This document shows positions 60,949 through 64,000 of a DNA stretch of 64,000 nucleotides, piece by piece. The stretch spans positions 1 through 64,000 of the forward strand of contig JBGAGQ010000024.1 of assembly GCA_044226625.1 (NCBI GenBank), written 5' to 3'. Below the pieces are notes generated by a model. It saw only the letters and a list, made by a program, of their open reading frames with translations. It was not told where the DNA came from and did not search any database. Position 1 is the first letter of the stretch; every line of letters begins with the position of its first letter. The stretch is from Thermoanaerobaculia bacterium. GTDB lineage: Bacteria; Acidobacteriota; Thermoanaerobaculia; Multivoradales; UBA5704. The position numbers and the translations under genes are program-made.

Positions 60949-61557
60949 GTGCAATCGGCAACCGCTCCAATTTCATCCACCGCCCCCCCCGGGCGATCCG
61001 CGGCCGCGAGGGCCGGCAGCCGGCCGGTCGGCGACGCCCAGGCCGTTCCGGCGACGCTCGAACGACTGTTCGAGCTGCATCACCAGGGGGTCTACCGCGC
61101 CGCGTACCGCATCACCGGCAACGCCTCGGACGCCGAAGACGTCATGCAGACCGTCTTCTTCCGCCTCGCCCGGCGCCAGGATCTCGACCTCACCGAGCAG
61201 GTCGGAAGCTACCTGCACCGGGCGGCGGTCAACGCGGCGCTCGATCTCGCCCGGAGCCGCAAGCGCGCGAAAGCCGTGGCGCTCGACGACGTCGCGGAGC
61301 ATCTCGCCGACGTGCCGAGCGCCGGCCCCGAGCACCGCCGCGGCAACCGGGAGCTCGCCCAGGCGCTTCGCGCCGCCGTGGCGCAACTTTCACCGAAGCA
61401 GGCCGAGATCTTCTCGCTTCGCTATTTCGAGGGGCAGAGCAATCTGGACATCGCCCGGATGTACTCCTGCTCCCAGACCGCTGTAGCCGTCATCCTGCAT
61501 CGTGCCCGCCATCGGCTGCAGAAAGAGCTTTCGGCGCACCAAGGAGCCCAGTCATGA
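60949..61557 (+). CDS. ECF RNA polymerase sigma factor
   Basis: AGGAGG RBS before GTG 60949; DAEDVMQTVF, YLHRAAVNAALD, region-4 HTH. Confidence 0.92.
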   Translation: MQSATAPISSTAPPGRSAAARAGSRPVGDAQAVPATLERLFELHHQGVYRAAYRITGNASDAEDVMQTVFFRLARRQDLDLTEQVGSYLHRAAVNAALDLARSRKRAKAVALDDVAEHLADVPSAGPEHRRGNRELAQALRAAVAQLSPKQAEIFSLRYFEGQSNLDIARMYSCSQTAVAVILHRARHRLQKELSAHQGAQS

Positions 61558-64000
61558 GCCTGTTTTCGAATCGAATCGACGAAGCCCGCCTCGATCAGGC
61601 GATCTCAGAGATCGCGTCCACTCCTGTCGATGAGCACGAGATGGCCGCCGCCGCGGCCCGGGTGCGCCAGAAGCTGGCCCAGTTCGCCGCGAAGGCCGAT
61701 CTCGAATCCGACTTTGCGGAAGGCGCCTCCGAAACCGTGCCGGCCGCTTCGCCCGCGATCCACGCGGTCCACTCCCCGCTTCGCCACTGCGAAGACTTCC
61801 AGGCGGAGATTCCCGCCTATCTCGCCGGCGAGCTCCCGGCCGCCCGCGCTCTGCTGGTCGAGGACCACACCCGCAGCTGCGTCCCCTGCCGCCGCGCCCT
61901 GCGCACCGCCCGCGAGGGCAAGCCGGCCGTCGCCGCCGCGATTCCCGCGCTGGCCTCTCCGGTCCGGCGCGACCGCCGCACTCTCTACGCTCTCGCCGCG
62001 GTGCTGGTCGCCGCGCTCGGCACCGGCCTCTTCCTGATGCAGGACTTCTTCATCTCGGGTGGCCAGATGGCGCGCGTCGAGGCGATCGAGGGGAGCCTCT
62101 ATCGCATCGATGGCGAGCGAACCGCTCAGCTCGGAGCGGGCGCCGCGGTCAATGAAGGGGACGAGATCCGCACCGCCAAAGGATCGCACGCCTTCGTCCG
62201 GATGACCGACGGCTCGGTGATCGAGATGAGCGAGCGCGCCGGGCTTTCGCTCGACGCGGGCCGCAAGGGGAACACGATCGAGCTGGAGCGCGGCAAGATC
62301 ATCGTCCAGGCCGCGAAGCAGCGGCCACGCCACCTGTACGTCGAAACCGACGACTGCCTGGTCGCCGTCACCGGGACGATCTTCTCGGTCAATCACGGCA
62401 CGAAGGGCTCGCGCGTCGCGGTGGTCGAAGGTGAGGTCCACGTCAACCAGTCGGGCCGCGAGGACGTCCTCCATCCGGGCGCCCAGGTGGTGACGGCGGC
62501 GAGCCTCTCGGCCGTGCCGGTCACCCAGGAAATCGCCTGGAGCAAGAACGCCGCGCAGTACGACCAGTTGCTCGCCGAGCTCACCGCGGCGAGCGCCGAC
62601 ATCGACTCGCAGATCGAACGGCCGGGCCTGCGCTACTCGACCCGCCTGCTCGACCTCTCGCCCGTGGGGACCAAGGTGTTCATCGCGCTGCCGAACCTGG
62701 CCAAGAACCTCGGCGAAACCCAGCGCCTGCTCGACCAGAAACTCGAAGAGAGCGAGACCCTGCGGCAATGGTGGCAGGACAACTTCTCCTCCGACGCCGA
62801 GCGCCGGAAGGTCCACGACCTGATCGAGCGGATTTCCGAGCTCGGCGGTCATCTGGGACCGGAAATCGCGATCGCCGTCGGCAAGCAAGTTACGGGCGCC
62901 GAGACCGAGCCGGTGCTCATGGCGGAAGTCGAGAACGCCGCGGCGTTCCAGGCGGCCCTCACGGCCGAGGTGGAGCGGCTCAACGGCGAAGCGGGCCGCG
63001 AGAAGCTCCGCATCGTTACGACCCTGCCGGCCACGTCGTCCGCCGCGGAAGATCGCGAGCTGATTCTCTACGTCGGTTCCGACCTCTTCGTGGCGAGCCC
63101 GAACGCGGCGTTGATCAATCAGGTGGCCGCCAACGGCTCCGGGGCGAATCCGTTCCTGGAGACGCCGTTCCGCAACCGGGTCGCGGCCTCGTACCAGGAC
63201 GGTGCGGGCTGGCTCTTCTCCGCCGATCTGGCGTCCCTGATCGGCGACAGCTCTGCCGAGCAAGGCGGAGCGGAAAGCGAAGACCATCAAGTCGCCGAGA
63301 CGCTGGGCATCCTCGACATGGACCAGTTCATCGTCGAGCGTCGCGATCTCGACGGGCGGGCCGAAACCCGCGCCACCCTGACGTTCAAGCAAGCGCGCCG
63401 CGGCATCGCGGCCTGGCTCGCGGAGCCGGCTCCCATGCGGGCGCTCGACTTCGTGTCGCCCGACGCGAACGCCGCCGCGGCTTTCGTGGTGAAGAATCCG
63501 GCGACGCTGCTCGACGAGCTGCTCGCGGCCAATCCGAAGTTCGCTTCGGAGCTCGCCGAGGCCGAGGCGCGGGAAGGGTTCCGCCTGCGCGACGACGTGG
63601 TGGCCCCCTTGGGCGGAGAATTCGCCCTGGCGCTCGACGGGCCGGTTCTGCCCAAGCCGTCCTGGAAGTTCGTGGCCGAGGTCTACGATCCCGCGACGCT
63701 TCAGCACACCATCGAGCTGACCGTCGAACGGCTGAACCGCGAGCTCGCGAAGAACGGCAAGGGCCGCGTGACCTTGACCTCCGAGACGAGCGGCGGGCGG
63801 ATCTGGCATGCCCTCGCCTCGGAGGATCTGGGAATCTCGGTCCACTACGCCTTCGAAGGCGGTTTCGTGGTCGCCGCTCCCTCGCGGACGCTGCTCGAGA
63901 GGGCGTTTTCGGCCCGCGAGTCGGGCGCGACGCTCGGCCGGTCCGAACGGCTGCGCGACCTGCTCGGCACGGATGGTCAGGTCAACGTCTCCGCGCTGGT
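61554..64000 (+). CDS. Large anti-sigma factor: zf-HC2, TM helix, FecR domain, long periplasmic extension (runs off window end)
   Basis: Absent from the ORF track because no stop lies in the window. ATGA overlap with the sigma gene; N-terminus translates ..HCEDFQAEIPAYLAGEL..HTRSCVPC, then a TM helix and GDEIRT..DGSVIE..VTGTIF FecR motifs. Confidence 0.85.
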   Translation, partial: MSLFSNRIDEARLDQAISEIASTPVDEHEMAAAAARVRQKLAQFAAKADLESDFAEGASETVPAASPAIHAVHSPLRHCEDFQAEIPAYLAGELPAARALLVEDHTRSCVPCRRALRTAREGKPAVAAAIPALASPVRRDRRTLYALAAVLVAALGTGLFLMQDFFISGGQMARVEAIEGSLYRIDGERTAQLGAGAAVNEGDEIRTAKGSHAFVRMTDGSVIEMSERAGLSLDAGRKGNTIELERGKIIVQAAKQRPRHLYVETDDCLVAVTGTIFSVNHGTKGSRVAVVEGEVHVNQSGREDVLHPGAQVVTAASLSAVPVTQEIAWSKNAAQYDQLLAELTAASADIDSQIERPGLRYSTRLLDLSPVGTKVFIALPNLAKNLGETQRLLDQKLEESETLRQWWQDNFSSDAERRKVHDLIERISELGGHLGPEIAIAVGKQVTGAETEPVLMAEVENAAAFQAALTAEVERLNGEAGREKLRIVTTLPATSSAAEDRELILYVGSDLFVASPNAALINQVAANGSGANPFLETPFRNRVAASYQDGAGWLFSADLASLIGDSSAEQGGAESEDHQVAETLGILDMDQFIVERRDLDGRAETRATLTFKQARRGIAAWLAEPAPMRALDFVSPDANAAAAFVVKNPATLLDELLAANPKFASELAEAEAREGFRLRDDVVAPLGGEFALALDGPVLPKPSWKFVAEVYDPATLQHTIELTVERLNRELAKNGKGRVTLTSETSGGRIWHALASEDLGISVHYAFEGGFVVAAPSRTLLERAFSARESGATLGRSERLRDLLGTDGQVNVSAL

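Noticed and set aside
59271-60980. 569-aa ORF as one protein
   Set aside because: Only the last ~198 aa (Uma2) look real; the upstream part overlaps the membrane-protein gene in another frame. The long N-terminal extensions of 12314..13804, 17611..18831 and 51037..53016 are rejected for the same reason.

Overview
High-GC bacterial chromosomal window. Gene content (zinc-finger/TPR proteins, VPS10 propellers, IPTL-CTERM protein) suggests Acidobacteriota such as Thermoanaerobaculia, but that is inference. The housekeeping backbone is the 5' end of tmRNA, dusB, rsgA, lepA, tsaD and gap-pgk-tpiA-secG-tRNA-Leu, plus transporters and two ECF sigma/anti-sigma pairs. The main unexplained signal is a module present twice, 44 kb apart: a degenerate tandem array of about 10-11 quasi-palindromic ~21-bp units directly upstream of a small helical, basic-tailed protein. 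The two proteins align without gaps, but the two arrays have different sequences. Other highlights: a 2730-aa Ig-repeat surface protein with an internal IPTL-CTERM motif, followed by three phage tail-collar paralogs, a TAT protein, a GNAT and a DUF6916-like gene, with no phage genes nearby; a glycosylation/redox locus split by accessory genes and carrying a decayed duplicate of the GT2 5' end; and a one-base frameshift in a beta-propeller/phosphoesterase gene. All calls come from reading motifs by eye; no searches were run.
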